The position numbers and the translations under genes are program-made. A DNA stretch of 64,000 bases. Origin: an uncultured Sphingobacterium sp. (GTDB taxonomy: Bacteria; Bacteroidota; Bacteroidia; Chitinophagales; Chitinophagaceae). This document shows, piece by piece, positions 51,959 to 62,481 of the stretch. Every line of letters begins with the position of its first letter. The stretch's first letter is position 1. Location: assembly GCA_964441425.1 (NCBI GenBank), contig CAYTXC010000006.1:49727-113726 (forward strand). Reading direction: 5' to 3'. The notes under the pieces are model-generated. The model was not told the DNA's origin, searched no databases, and was given only the letters and a program-made list of their open reading frames with translations.

Positions 51959-52118
51959 TAGTCAACTATTTTAATGCAATGGTCCGACGGTCATTGCTGC
52001 ACAAACTGTTTCTTTAGCTGGTTTCCGGCAAAAAGGGACAGTTTGTCGCATTTTACCCTTTAGCATGATTTTAGAGCAGCAAATGATTTAAATTGCCACA
52101 TTATTAAAAATACCGATT

Positions 52119-52805
52119 ATGGATCTCGGAAAAGAATTTGAAAAATATGCGGTAAAGCACCGGGGTATTTCCAGTAATACATTGCATGGATATACCAATC
52201 ATATGGTGACTAACCTAACGCCGAATATTATTGAAGAAAGGCCAATGAATATTGCCGTAATGGATGTATATAGCCGCCTTATGATGGATCGTATCATTTT
52301 TCTCGGCTATCCAATCACCGATGAAGTTGCCAATATCATTACCGCACAACTTCTTTTTCTGGACAGCACAGACAGGCAGCGTGACATCCAGATGTATATA
52401 AATAGTCCGGGTGGATCTGTTTATGCAGGATTAGGTGTTTATGATACCATGCAATACGTTACTCCAGATGTATCTACCATCACCATAGGTGTTGCTGCCA
52501 GTATGGCGGCCGTATTGATGTGTGCTGGTGCTCATGGAAAACGAACGGCTTTAAAACATTCACGTATCATGATGCATCAACCAAGTGCAGGAGCAGGCGG
52601 ACAAGCATCTGATATTGAGATCACCGTCAATCAAGTAAAAAAACTGAAACGCGAACTCTATGAAGTGGTTGCCGCACATAGCGGGCAGGACGTTGACCGG
52701 ATCGCAGCAGATTTCGATCGTGATTTTTGGATGACGGCACAGGAAGCAAAAGAATATGGTTTGGTTGATGAAGTATTACTAACCAATCCAGCTAAACAAA
52801 AATAA
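52119..52805 (+). CDS. clpP: ATP-dependent Clp protease proteolytic subunit (copy 1)
   Basis: [20 protein letters not shown], catalytic Ser (AASM), His (MHQP) and Asp (DIE). Confidence 0.96.
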   Translation: MDLGKEFEKYAVKHRGISSNTLHGYTNHMVTNLTPNIIEERPMNIAVMDVYSRLMMDRIIFLGYPITDEVANIITAQLLFLDSTDRQRDIQMYINSPGGSVYAGLGVYDTMQYVTPDVSTITIGVAASMAAVLMCAGAHGKRTALKHSRIMMHQPSAGAGGQASDIEITVNQVKKLKRELYEVVAAHSGQDVDRIAADFDRDFWMTAQEAKEYGLVDEVLLTNPAKQK

Positions 52806-52819
52806 TTAAGTACTGTACT

Positions 52820-53443
52820 ATGGATTATATGAAGAGTAGAAATCGATTCAGAATGGAAGAAGACGATGAGCCGAAACTTCCAGAGAATCCTATGGAAAAA
52901 ATGTTCAGCACCGCACAATTCGACAAGAAATTCATCGAACAACGTAAGGTATTCTTATGGGGACCAGTTGATGATCGCAGTGCGAAAGATATTACTGCTC
53001 GCCTAATGTACTTGGAAGCCATCGATCCAGGAAAAGAGATCACCTTTTATATCAATAGCCCGGGAGGTGTAGTAACCAGTGGAATGGTCATCTACGATAC
53101 CATGCAAATGATCAGCTCACCAGTTTCAACGGTATGTATGGGAATGGCAGCATCAATGGGATCTATATTATTGAGTGGAGGGGCTAAAGGTCGCCGCTTC
53201 ATCTTCCCGCATGGTGAAGTCATGATTCACCAACCCAGTGGTGGAGGAAGAGGAACGTCTGCCGATCTCGAGATCATGGCAGAGCAGATACGTAAAATCA
53301 AGGAATTAGGAGCCAAGATCCTGGCAGATAATTGCAGTCAGCCATTTGAAAAAGTTATGAAGGATTTTGACCGTGATTACTGGATGGATGCCGAAGAATC
53401 GGTGAAATATGGCATAGTTGATGGTGTAGTTCGTACGCTCTAA
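52820..53443 (+). CDS. clpP: ATP-dependent Clp protease proteolytic subunit (divergent copy 2)
   Basis: [28 protein letters not shown]; acidic N-terminal extension. Confidence 0.93.
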   Translation: MDYMKSRNRFRMEEDDEPKLPENPMEKMFSTAQFDKKFIEQRKVFLWGPVDDRSAKDITARLMYLEAIDPGKEITFYINSPGGVVTSGMVIYDTMQMISSPVSTVCMGMAASMGSILLSGGAKGRRFIFPHGEVMIHQPSGGGRGTSADLEIMAEQIRKIKELGAKILADNCSQPFEKVMKDFDRDYWMDAEESVKYGIVDGVVRTL

Positions 53444-53479
53444 CCTATTTTCTACCTAATTTTAGGGATACTAAGAGGT

Positions 53480-53506
53480 AAAACGGGCCGAAAAGCCCGT
53501 TTTTTT
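53480..53506 (+). terminator. Intrinsic terminator between clpP2 and clpX
   Basis: AAAACGGGC-CGAAAA-GCCCGTTTT followed by further T residues. Confidence 0.82.
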
Positions 53507-53535
53507 ATGCTAATTTTGATGTTTGAAATTTTGCT

Positions 53536-54768
53536 ATGGCTAAGTCAACGTTACATTGTTCTTTTTGTGGGAGAAGCCGGGAAGAAGTTAAAATACTTAT
53601 TGCCGGACAGGATGGCCATATTTGTGAAAATTGTGTTGACCATGCCCGGGAGATCATTGATCAGGAATTGCAAATGCGCCATGATGCCGCTACGTCTCAA
53701 TTCAAATTGACCGTAAAGAAACCGGTTGAGATCAAGCGCTTCCTTGATGAATATATTATTGGCCAGGATGACGCTAAAAAAGTAATGGCTGTTGCGGTAT
53801 ATAATCATTACAAACGTTTACAGTATAAACAGGCTGAAAACGATATCGAGATCGATAAAAGTAATATTGTAATGGTTGGCGAAACGGGAACCGGTAAAAC
53901 CTTATTGGCAAAAACCATAGCCAAATTATTGAATGTCCCTTTCGCTATTGTTGATGCTACCGTATTTACAGAGGCGGGCTACGTAGGAGAAGATGTTGAA
54001 TCAATCCTGACGCGCTTATTGCAGGTCTGCAATTACGATGTAACTGCTGCGGAAAAAGGCATTGTTTATATCGACGAGATTGATAAAATTGCAAGAAAGG
54101 GTGATAATCCATCGATTACACGAGATGTTAGCGGTGAAGGGGTTCAACAAGGTTTATTAAAACTTCTGGAAGGAACAGAGGTTCTGGTACCACCGCAGGG
54201 AGGAAGAAAACATCCAGAACAAAAATTGATCAAAGTAAATACACAAAATATACTCTTTATTTGCGGAGGCGCCTTTGATGGTATTGATAAAATCATTGCC
54301 CGAAGAGTCAATACCAACTCCATTGGATTCAATGTGAATAAGAATGAGCAGGAGGAAATGAAAAAGAACTTACTGCAATTTGTGAATGCACAAGATCTCA
54401 AATCTTTCGGCCTGATACCAGAACTACTTGGACGTTTACCTGTAGTTACGTATCTCAGCCCATTAGATGCCGAAACCTTAAGAGCAATTTTAACAGAACC
54501 TAAGAATTCTCTGATCAAACAATACACAAAACTTTTTGAACTGGAGGGTATTGAACTTGAAATTGAAAAACCTGTTCTTGACTTCATGGTTTCAAAAGCA
54601 GTTGAATATAAATTAGGAGCTAGAGGACTGCGCTCTATTTGCGAAAGTATTCTAACAGATGCGATGTTTGAAATGCCTTCTTCAAAAGAAAAGAATTTCA
54701 AACTCACTCTTGATTATGCCGTACACAAATTCGACAAGTCAAAAATGAGTGTACTAAAAGTGGCTTAA
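53536..54768 (+). CDS. clpX: ATP-dependent Clp protease ATP-binding subunit ClpX
   Basis: Zinc finger CSFCG...[34 protein letters not shown] loop, LGARGLR. Confidence 0.98.
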   Translation: MAKSTLHCSFCGRSREEVKILIAGQDGHICENCVDHAREIIDQELQMRHDAATSQFKLTVKKPVEIKRFLDEYIIGQDDAKKVMAVAVYNHYKRLQYKQAENDIEIDKSNIVMVGETGTGKTLLAKTIAKLLNVPFAIVDATVFTEAGYVGEDVESILTRLLQVCNYDVTAAEKGIVYIDEIDKIARKGDNPSITRDVSGEGVQQGLLKLLEGTEVLVPPQGGRKHPEQKLIKVNTQNILFICGGAFDGIDKIIARRVNTNSIGFNVNKNEQEEMKKNLLQFVNAQDLKSFGLIPELLGRLPVVTYLSPLDAETLRAILTEPKNSLIKQYTKLFELEGIELEIEKPVLDFMVSKAVEYKLGARGLRSICESILTDAMFEMPSSKEKNFKLTLDYAVHKFDKSKMSVLKVA

Positions 54769-54794
54769 TCCAAAAAGATTCAATCCCTATTATA

Positions 54795-54968
54795 GTGCAA
54801 GAGTTAATCGCTAAATTAATGGCCGCAGGACTTACAGAGGATCAGGCATCAAAAGCCATTAGCATCATCCGCGATTATGCAAAAGAAAAGTTTCCCATCT
54901 TTTCTGGAGCCATTGATAAACTATTCAGCAAATACAGTATCAAAAAAGAAGATGATTTTTTAGAATAA
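54795..54968 (+). CDS. 57-aa small helical protein absent from the ORF track
   Basis: GTG start; MQELIAKLMAAGLTEDQASKAISIIRDYAKEKFPIFSGAIDKLFSKYSIKKEDDFLE. Fills the clpX-ComEA gap. Confidence 0.75.
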   Translation: MQELIAKLMAAGLTEDQASKAISIIRDYAKEKFPIFSGAIDKLFSKYSIKKEDDFLE

Positions 54969-55006
54969 CCTGCCAAATCATCTTCTTCATATTTTATCAG
55001 CAATAT

Positions 55007-55879
55007 TTAAAAAATTAAATACGGTTCTATTTTGTCCAGCCATACCTGATCAAAAACAGGAATGGAGAGCAACTCCTGCCTATTTTTTAATTTGCCGTGC
55101 TGATTTCGGTAGGCTACCAGTGCCTTAGCCTGACGATACTGCATGTAAGGGTGCCGGGCTAAACTATCGGCAGGATCCGTATTAATATTCAATTTCCGAA
55201 TTCCTTTATTGCCAACACGCAAATAGGAACGAAAATGAAGAAATGCTGTATCCGAAACACCGTAAATACCAGCAATCTGATCAATAGTATAAAAACCGCC
55301 ACAAGCATCTCTGAATTTAATTATCCTTGATGCTAATTTTTCCCCAATCCAAGGTAAGGATTCTAAGGAAGCTGAGTCCGTCGTATTTATATCCAATGTT
55401 GTTATAGTTTTCTGCGGGGGTTTTCTGAATTTTGGATCAATACTGCTAAAGTCAAGTTCATATTGCTCTTTATTGAACGTTGCTTTTTTCTCTTCTTCAA
55501 TCTTCACATATGGAATTAACGTTTTGGCAATATTCGTATCTATTCCATAAATGGTCATTAACTGCTCTGGCTTTCGAAAACGCCCACCCTTGTTCAAGTA
55601 GTTTCTGATCATATTCACAGAACGCTGGGGAACTCCTAAACTTATCCAATCAGCATCTGATATTGTATTTGGATTAAACTCACGTAAACTGATCGTAGGA
55701 TTTAATACCGTAGGAGAAAGCCGTTCCGCCTTTGAAAAATAGTATTTGGCATCTGCCTTTTCAGCTGCCTTCCATAAATACGGAATGAGCCAAACCATAC
55801 CTATCAACGTAAGCAATGTCAAGATCCCCAATCTTTCTTTGCGGGGAATCGTAAAATATTCAATCAACCATTCTTTCAT
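55007..55879 (-). CDS. ComEA-like helix-hairpin-helix DNA-binding membrane protein
   Basis: N-terminal TM (RKERLGIL); three HhH-type repeats (FNPNT, LDINTTD...LPWIGEKLASRIIKFR, LNINT). Confidence 0.85.
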   Translation of the reverse strand: MKEWLIEYFTIPRKERLGILTLLTLIGMVWLIPYLWKAAEKADAKYYFSKAERLSPTVLNPTISLREFNPNTISDADWISLGVPQRSVNMIRNYLNKGGRFRKPEQLMTIYGIDTNIAKTLIPYVKIEEEKKATFNKEQYELDFSSIDPKFRKPPQKTITTLDINTTDSASLESLPWIGEKLASRIIKFRDACGGFYTIDQIAGIYGVSDTAFLHFRSYLRVGNKGIRKLNINTDPADSLARHPYMQYRQAKALVAYRNQHGKLKNRQELLSIPVFDQVWLDKIEPYLIF

Positions 55880-55999
55880 AGTTTTTTGATCCAAAATTTC
55901 ACTTTAATAAAAAAACAAATCCGCGATTAATACCGGGAAAAACATGTTTTTTCAGCAAAAAGAAAAGGTAAATTTCTCCTGATGGGATTTAGGAAATAA

Positions 56000-56776
56000 T
56001 TAAAGGGTTATCATTAACCCATCATACGCTAACTCTATGCCCTCTGGTAGTTCTTTATTGATATCAACATGCAATCCTAGCTGATGAGAGATATGGGTAA
56101 AATAGGCTTTGGGGATGCCTAACTCTTTTACTAAAGCTACAGCCTCTTGCAAGGTAAAGTGGGAAATATGGGGCTCTTTGCGCAGTGCATTAACAACCAA
56201 TACTTCAGAACCTCGTATAAGGTCTTTTGATTTTTCTTCAATCCGGTTAGCATCTGTGATATAGGTGAATGACCCAAACCTAAACCCTAGAACCGGCATT
56301 TTCATATGCCAAACTTCAATGGGTGTTACCGGTATATCCCCTACCATAAATGGATCTTCAGCTATCTTATTCATATTGATTTCCGGAACACCAGGATACT
56401 TTCTTTCTGTAAATGCATAATAGAAATCTCTCCGCAATGCTTCTTCAGTCAATGCATTGGCATATATTTCCATAGGCTTATTCATAAAAAAATTAAAAGC
56501 CCGGATGTCATCCAATCCCGCAATATGATCTTTATGAGGATGGGTAAACAACAACGCATCAAGATGCTTAGTAGATGTTCGTAACATCTGATATCGGAAG
56601 TCTGGCGTGGTATCAATAACTAAAGACGTAGTGGATGATGATATCATCACACTGCTTCGTAAACGATTATCAAGTGTATTGGTTGATGTGCATACCGCAC
56701 AATCACAACCGATCATCGGCACACCACTGCTTGTGCCTGTTCCCAAAAAATTAATATGAAGCGTTGGATAGTTCAA
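56000..56776 (-). CDS. MBL-fold metallo-hydrolase (PhnP-like)
   Basis: FLGTGTSSGVP, CxCxVC, THPHKDHIAGLDD, YITDA, HISH. Confidence 0.92.
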   Translation of the reverse strand: MNYPTLHINFLGTGTSSGVPMIGCDCAVCTSTNTLDNRLRSSVMISSSTTSLVIDTTPDFRYQMLRTSTKHLDALLFTHPHKDHIAGLDDIRAFNFFMNKPMEIYANALTEEALRRDFYYAFTERKYPGVPEINMNKIAEDPFMVGDIPVTPIEVWHMKMPVLGFRFGSFTYITDANRIEEKSKDLIRGSEVLVVNALRKEPHISHFTLQEAVALVKELGIPKAYFTHISHQLGLHVDINKELPEGIELAYDGLMITL

Positions 56777-56792
56777 AACAATGCCAGGATCC

Positions 56793-57068
56793 TTATGCCT
56801 CTTCCTGCCCTATAGGTAGTTCATCATAGAACTTACGATTATCTGGAGAGAGATGTGTTGGTTCTATGTTCAGAACAGACAAAAGATCAATCAACGTATT
56901 GATGCGGCCCTCAGTTTGAAGGAACTTATTCAGAACAATTACCTTTTTTTGTTCCAGAATACAATAGCCACTTTGGAAGGTTCCTCTTTCATAACGAATG
57001 ATATATCCTGCTTCTTCAATAAGCTTTTCAATCTTGGTCAGCGTAGCAGGATTCATCTTAATACTCAT
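56793..57068 (-). CDS. Small hypothetical protein
   Basis: KIEKLIEEAGYIIRYERGTFQSGYCILEQKKVIVLNKFL reads as a genuine protein. TACATTTG box upstream. Start 57068 or 57056. Confidence 0.7.
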   Translation of the reverse strand: MSIKMNPATLTKIEKLIEEAGYIIRYERGTFQSGYCILEQKKVIVLNKFLQTEGRINTLIDLLSVLNIEPTHLSPDNRKFYDELPIGQEEA

Positions 57069-57318
57069 GCACCTATGTTTGTACAAATGTACTGATACAG
57101 CTTTCTTTCCTAAAGCCATTTCCGTTAAACTTTTCTACATTCACAACCTTGAATGTGAATAATATTTTAAAGCATATAGAACGGTAAAAAGCAAAAAAGC
57201 CGCTAATTCGGGTCGAATACCTGAAGATTCATCATAAGATTGAAGAAAATACGTGCTTTGGGAACCCCATTCAACAGTAAAGCAGATTTTAGTGGCATTG
57301 CATTAAATTGCAAATGGG

Positions 57319-58461
57319 ATGAAAAAAGTCTTTAGCATTAGTGCTGTCTGCTTAGTCGGTTTTTTGATAGGATATTTCCTTTGGTCTATCACGGGTAGAA
57401 CACCCGCTCCTATTACTCCTCAATTGCATATTGATAGTAGTTTTGTAGTAAATACTGATGCTGGAAAAGGTAATGTGATTGGCATCAATACTTACATGAT
57501 ACCCAATGATTATTCTTCAAAAGAACATTTTTTCGCCAAGCTCGACGGATATCTATGGGAATGTAAAAAACAAAACTGGTTAACTCCTAAAACCGTTGTA
57601 ATCTTTCCTGAATATATAGGCGCATGGTTGGTAATGGAAGGAGAAAAAAGATCTGTTTATTCGGACACCACGATCGATAAGGCACTCACCACTTTTGTTA
57701 CTTCAAACTTCTTCAGCTATATCACTTCGTGGTTTATGTCTCCTGATTCTGCAACAGATAAAGTGAAACATTCCGTTTTTGCAGCAAAAGGAAAAAAAAT
57801 GGCGAAAGTTTATACAGAAGTATTCAGTGAACTTTCTAAAAAATATGGCGTAACCATTATAGCTGGCTCCACATTATTGCAGAAGCCAACTGTTAAAAAA
57901 AATAAGATCATCGTAAAAAACGGATCCCTGGAAAACATAACAGCAGTATTTAATCCAGATGGAAGCCTGCACCCAACGCTTACCCGTAAGGCCTTTCCAA
58001 TAGATGACGAACTTCCTTTTGTGATCCGCTGTAACCCATCCGATTTACCCGTGTATGAACTACCGATTGGAAAAACATCGGTGATGATATGTGCTGATTC
58101 GTGGTATCCAGCCTCATATGAAAACGTTAAGCAGGATGGTTTGACCTTTATTGCGGTGCCATCATATACAAAATCTGATCATTCCATGAATTCAACATGG
58201 TTGGGATATAGCGGATTTGATACTCCTGCTGATGTGAATAAGGATGATATTGGGAAGATAACATTACAAGATGCCTGGCTCAAATACACCATGCCCACCA
58301 GAATAAAAAAGATCAGTACGCCTTTTGGAATGACTGTATCCCTACGCGGCAAACTTTGGGATCTCGGTGCTGATGGAGAATTGATGATCTACAACAAAGG
58401 GCAAGTAATCTGCCCTCCACCCATGAAAGGCGCATCCATGGTGTGTTTATGGTTAAATTAA
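57319..58461 (+). CDS. Carbon-nitrogen hydrolase (nitrilase superfamily) with N-terminal membrane anchor/signal
   Basis: Catalytic triad positions FPEY (E), RKAFP (K), ICADSW (C); hydrophobic N-terminus. Confidence 0.8.
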   Translation: MKKVFSISAVCLVGFLIGYFLWSITGRTPAPITPQLHIDSSFVVNTDAGKGNVIGINTYMIPNDYSSKEHFFAKLDGYLWECKKQNWLTPKTVVIFPEYIGAWLVMEGEKRSVYSDTTIDKALTTFVTSNFFSYITSWFMSPDSATDKVKHSVFAAKGKKMAKVYTEVFSELSKKYGVTIIAGSTLLQKPTVKKNKIIVKNGSLENITAVFNPDGSLHPTLTRKAFPIDDELPFVIRCNPSDLPVYELPIGKTSVMICADSWYPASYENVKQDGLTFIAVPSYTKSDHSMNSTWLGYSGFDTPADVNKDDIGKITLQDAWLKYTMPTRIKKISTPFGMTVSLRGKLWDLGADGELMIYNKGQVICPPPMKGASMVCLWLN

Positions 58462-60020
58462 CTTCCTTTGGTCTGCATACGAATCACAGGTATGATCATC
58501 TCTTCCATTGAGATACCACCATGCTGAAACGTATTTCGAAAATAATTCACATAATGATTGTAATTGTTCGGATAACACAAATAGCCGTCTTCTTTTGCAA
58601 ATATGAATGAAGAGTTTACCGTTGGTATAGGCAAGCCAGCATCTTTTGGTTCTTTTACGCTAAAAACATCATGTGATGCGTAATTCAGGTTTCTACCATG
58701 CTTATATCGAAGATTCGCAGTAGTTAGTTTATCTCCAATTACTTTACAAGGCTTATTGACCCGAACACTTCCATGGTCAGTAGAAACGATAAGATTGAAT
58801 TTTTTATCACTGATTTTTTTTAATACTTGATGAAGTGGAGAATGAACAAACCAGCTATGGGTTAAGCTTCTGTAACTCGCTTCATCACTGGCCAATTCTT
58901 TTAAAACCTCCATTTCAGTTCGAGCATGGCTTAACATATCCACAAAATTATAAACGACTATACTAAGATCTTGGTTCAATAAATTGTGTGCATGATCTAC
59001 TAATCGCTGAGCCTCCTGATTACTAAGAATTTTTTGGTAGGAGAACTTGATATCATCTCGCTTCAACGATTTAAGTTGTTCACGAAAAAAATCTTCTTCA
59101 TGCAGATTTTTCCCTCCTTCCTCTTCATCATTCTTCCATAAGTTAGGAAATTTATGCTCGATCTCAGCTGGCATCAATCCGGCAAAAACAGCATTTCTAC
59201 TGTATTGTGTGGCGGTAGGTAAAATACTATAAAATGTTTCTTCTTCCATTATGTGAAAAAGTTCAGCAAATATTGGCTGTAGTATTTTCCACTGATCAAA
59301 GCGAAGATTATCAATCAAGAGCCAAATCGTTGGAACAGATTTTTCAATATGTGGAAGGATTTTAAATCGAAATAAGGTATTACTCAGAATCGGAGATTCC
59401 ATTGATTTTGGATGAACCCAGGATAGATAATGCTTACTGATAAACTTAAAGAATGCTGTATTCGCCTCATTTTTTTGTGATTCTAATATTTCAAGCAGTT
59501 CAGGATTCTCACTCTTACTCATTTCCAATTCCCAAAATACCAGCTTCCGATAAATGTCCATCCACTGATTATAATCGGGCTGGCTATTCAGTGCGGTGAA
59601 TAATTCGCGGAACTGTTGTTGGTATGCTGTTAAGGTTTTCTCTGCCACCAAACGTTTATTATCAATTATTTTCTTCAAACTGAGTAAAACTTGATTGGGA
59701 TTGACAGGCTTAATCAAATAATCACTTATCTGGGAACCGATAGCCTCATCCATTAGATTCTCCGTTTCATTCTTCGTGATCATGACTACTGGCAAACTGC
59801 TATTGATGGATTTGATCCGACTGAGCGTCTCAAGTCCACTGATTCCCGGCATGGATTCATCCAGCAAAACCACATCAACCGGATTTTCTCTCACATAATC
59901 CAGGGCATCATACCCATTGCTAAGGGTATGCACTTTGTAACCCTTGGTTTCCAGAAATTTTTTCTGAGATTGTAAACTCTCCAGTTCGTCATCTACCCAT
60001 AAAATCATCGGTATAGCCAT
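58458..60020 (-). CDS. porX: PorX-type response regulator (receiver + PglZ/alkaline-phosphatase-like domain)
   Basis: WVDDE, LLDESMPG, YLIKP receiver motifs; IDNLRFDQW, LPTATQYSRNA, STDHG and QHGG PglZ motifs. Confidence 0.9.
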   Translation of the reverse strand: MAIPMILWVDDELESLQSQKKFLETKGYKVHTLSNGYDALDYVRENPVDVVLLDESMPGISGLETLSRIKSINSSLPVVMITKNETENLMDEAIGSQISDYLIKPVNPNQVLLSLKKIIDNKRLVAEKTLTAYQQQFRELFTALNSQPDYNQWMDIYRKLVFWELEMSKSENPELLEILESQKNEANTAFFKFISKHYLSWVHPKSMESPILSNTLFRFKILPHIEKSVPTIWLLIDNLRFDQWKILQPIFAELFHIMEEETFYSILPTATQYSRNAVFAGLMPAEIEHKFPNLWKNDEEEGGKNLHEEDFFREQLKSLKRDDIKFSYQKILSNQEAQRLVDHAHNLLNQDLSIVVYNFVDMLSHARTEMEVLKELASDEASYRSLTHSWFVHSPLHQVLKKISDKKFNLIVSTDHGSVRVNKPCKVIGDKLTTANLRYKHGRNLNYASHDVFSVKEPKDAGLPIPTVNSSFIFAKEDGYLCYPNNYNHYVNYFRNTFQHGGISMEEMIIPVIRMQTKGS

Positions 60021-60115
60021 AAATAACCCCGTTCATCGTTAATATGCTGCTAAAGTTACAATTTCCGTAATCTGCTTTATACCTTTACAACTCATGATCG
60101 TTAATTTTAACAATA

Positions 60116-61324
60116 ATGGCATTTAGAAAAATCATAAATGATCCTGTTTATGGATTCATCACTATTGACGACTCCCTGATCTTTGAGATCATAACACATC
60201 CCTATTTTCAACGTCTTCGCCGAATCAAGCAGATGGCTTTGGCATATCTGGTATATCCAGGAGCAGTACATACTCGTTTGCATCATGCTTTAGGTGCCTA
60301 TCATTTAATGGGGCTAGCCATCACTGAACTTCGGAACAAAGGGACAGACATCAGCAAAGAAGAAGAGATCGCGGCTAAAATAGCTATACTGCTCCATGAT
60401 GTTGGTCACGGACCATTTTCGCACGCACTCGAACATGTACTGATTGAAAATATGCATCATGAAGAGATCTCATTGTTGCTGATGCATGAACTAAATGAAC
60501 AATACGAAGGCCGATTAACATTGGCGATAGACATCTTCACCGGTAAGTACCCTAAAAAATTTCTGCATCAATTGATCTCTGGTCAATTAGATGTGGATAG
60601 GATGGACTATCTCACCCGTGATAGCTTTTTTACCGGGGTAAATGAAGGGGTAATCGGATATGATCGTATCATAAAAATGCTGACCGTACATAAAGGAGAG
60701 CTGGTTGTGGAAGAAAAAGGCATCTATTCAATAGAGAAGTTTTTGGTGGCGAGAAGATTGATGTATTGGCAGGCCTATTTACATAAAACAGTATTAGCTG
60801 CAGAAATGATGCTGGTAAAAATATTGGAAAGAGCAAAATATCTATTACTTCAGGGCGATACCAGCATTCACACTGACGGGCCGTTGACTCGTTTTCTTTC
60901 AGGAGAATTATCCGGCGATATGGGTAAACATTTAGAGCAATTCACTTCCTTAGATGATACAGATGTCATCTCCGCCTTGAAAAAATGGTATCATCATACC
61001 GACAAAACCCTTTCCTATTTATGTAAATCCGTGTTGGATAGAAAACTTCTCAAAGTGAAGCTTCAAGCTACTCCAATTGAGGAAACATGGTTGAGTCAGA
61101 AAAAAAAGGAATCTGCAGACAAAACAGATACCTCTTTACAAGAAGCCGCATTTCTATGTTTCACCGGAGAAGCGGTTAATCGCCTATACGATCCTCATGT
61201 TGAACATATTCAAATCCTCTTTAAAGATGGAACGATCAAGGATATCTCTCAAGTTGAAAATGCACTGATCCATGAAACCTTATCCAAGCCCATCAAAAAA
61301 TTTTATCTTTGCTACGTGGGCTAG
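60116..61324 (+). CDS. HD-domain phosphohydrolase (dNTP triphosphohydrolase-like)
   Basis: INDPVYG, FQRLRRIKQ, HTRLHHALG, LLHDVGHGPFSH, DVDRMDYL. Confidence 0.9.
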   Translation: MAFRKIINDPVYGFITIDDSLIFEIITHPYFQRLRRIKQMALAYLVYPGAVHTRLHHALGAYHLMGLAITELRNKGTDISKEEEIAAKIAILLHDVGHGPFSHALEHVLIENMHHEEISLLLMHELNEQYEGRLTLAIDIFTGKYPKKFLHQLISGQLDVDRMDYLTRDSFFTGVNEGVIGYDRIIKMLTVHKGELVVEEKGIYSIEKFLVARRLMYWQAYLHKTVLAAEMMLVKILERAKYLLLQGDTSIHTDGPLTRFLSGELSGDMGKHLEQFTSLDDTDVISALKKWYHHTDKTLSYLCKSVLDRKLLKVKLQATPIEETWLSQKKKESADKTDTSLQEAAFLCFTGEAVNRLYDPHVEHIQILFKDGTIKDISQVENALIHETLSKPIKKFYLCYVG

Positions 61325-61345
61325 GTCACCCTTTCAATTGTAATT

Positions 61346-62380
61346 ATGCAAATCAATGCTGAACAAATTGCTGCCATCATTAATGGAAAAATTGAAGGGA
61401 ATGGTGGCGTCACGGTAAGTGATTTTGGGAAGATAGAAGAAGCCCTTCCGGGTCAATTATCTTTTTTGGCCAATCCTAAATACGAAGATTACTTATATAC
61501 TACTCAGGCATCGGTTATCATTGTAAACGAATCATTGATATTGAAAAAACCCATTTCAGCAACCCTGATACGTGTGCCAGATGCTTACAGCTCATTTGCC
61601 CAGCTTTTGACAGCATATCAAGAAATGATGTCGAAACAATTACAAGGCATCCAAGATCAAACCTTTATTTCGGCAACGGCTACACTTGGAGAAAATCTGT
61701 ACGTAGGACAATTTTCCTATATAGGAGAGCATGTTGTAATTGGACATAACACCAAGATCCATCCACAGGTTTATATTGGGAACGATGTTGAGGTTGGTGA
61801 AAATACCATCCTCCATGCGGGAGTAAAAATCTATCCAGGATGTAAAATTGGATCGAATGTGGTGATTCATGCCGGAACCATCATTGGAAGCGATGGATTT
61901 GGATTTGCTCCTCAGCCAGACGGAACCTATAAAAAAATTCCTCAAATTGGGAATGTGGTAATCGAAGAAAATGTCGAGATCGGAGCGAATTGTACCATTG
62001 ATAGGGCTACTATCGGGTCAACCATTATCCGAAAAGGCGCGAAACTCGATAACCTTATTCAAATTGCCCATAATGTGGAAATTGGTAGCTATACCGTGAT
62101 TGCTGCCCAAACGGGTATTAGTGGCAGCACTAAAATTGGGAAACATGTCCAGATAGCTGGACAGGCAGGGTTGGCCGGCCATATATCAATTGAAGATGGG
62201 GTTAAGATTGGTGGACAGAGCGGGGTTACAAAATCCTTGAAAAAAGGGGAAGCGGTAACCGGTACTCCTGCCTTCAACTACACATCAGCCCTTAGAATTC
62301 AAGCAGTTAGCCGAAACTTACCAGAATTGGAAAAAAGAATCAAAGAGCTAGAGCAAAAAATCGCTCTATTGACGAAATAA
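61346..62380 (+). CDS. lpxD: UDP-3-O-(3-hydroxymyristoyl)glucosamine N-acyltransferase
   Basis: LSFLANPKY, hexapeptide repeats, [17 protein letters not shown]. Confidence 0.96.
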   Translation: MQINAEQIAAIINGKIEGNGGVTVSDFGKIEEALPGQLSFLANPKYEDYLYTTQASVIIVNESLILKKPISATLIRVPDAYSSFAQLLTAYQEMMSKQLQGIQDQTFISATATLGENLYVGQFSYIGEHVVIGHNTKIHPQVYIGNDVEVGENTILHAGVKIYPGCKIGSNVVIHAGTIIGSDGFGFAPQPDGTYKKIPQIGNVVIEENVEIGANCTIDRATIGSTIIRKGAKLDNLIQIAHNVEIGSYTVIAAQTGISGSTKIGKHVQIAGQAGLAGHISIEDGVKIGGQSGVTKSLKKGEAVTGTPAFNYTSALRIQAVSRNLPELEKRIKELEQKIALLTK

Positions 62381-62481
62381 AGCTTCATCCAAGCCAACTA
62401 TACTGACAAATTGGCTATCCATAAATTAGGTGACCCTGAAATAGCTCAGGGCATCGTATCTTTACCCCTTCAATATTTTGT

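Noticed and set aside
57120-57318. 200-nt intergenic gap: possible ncRNA or 31-codon minus-strand ORF (MPLKSALLLNG...)
   Set aside because: Only short weak hairpins, no recognisable riboswitch or ncRNA motif, and the ORF has no supporting features. Divergent promoters can explain the space.
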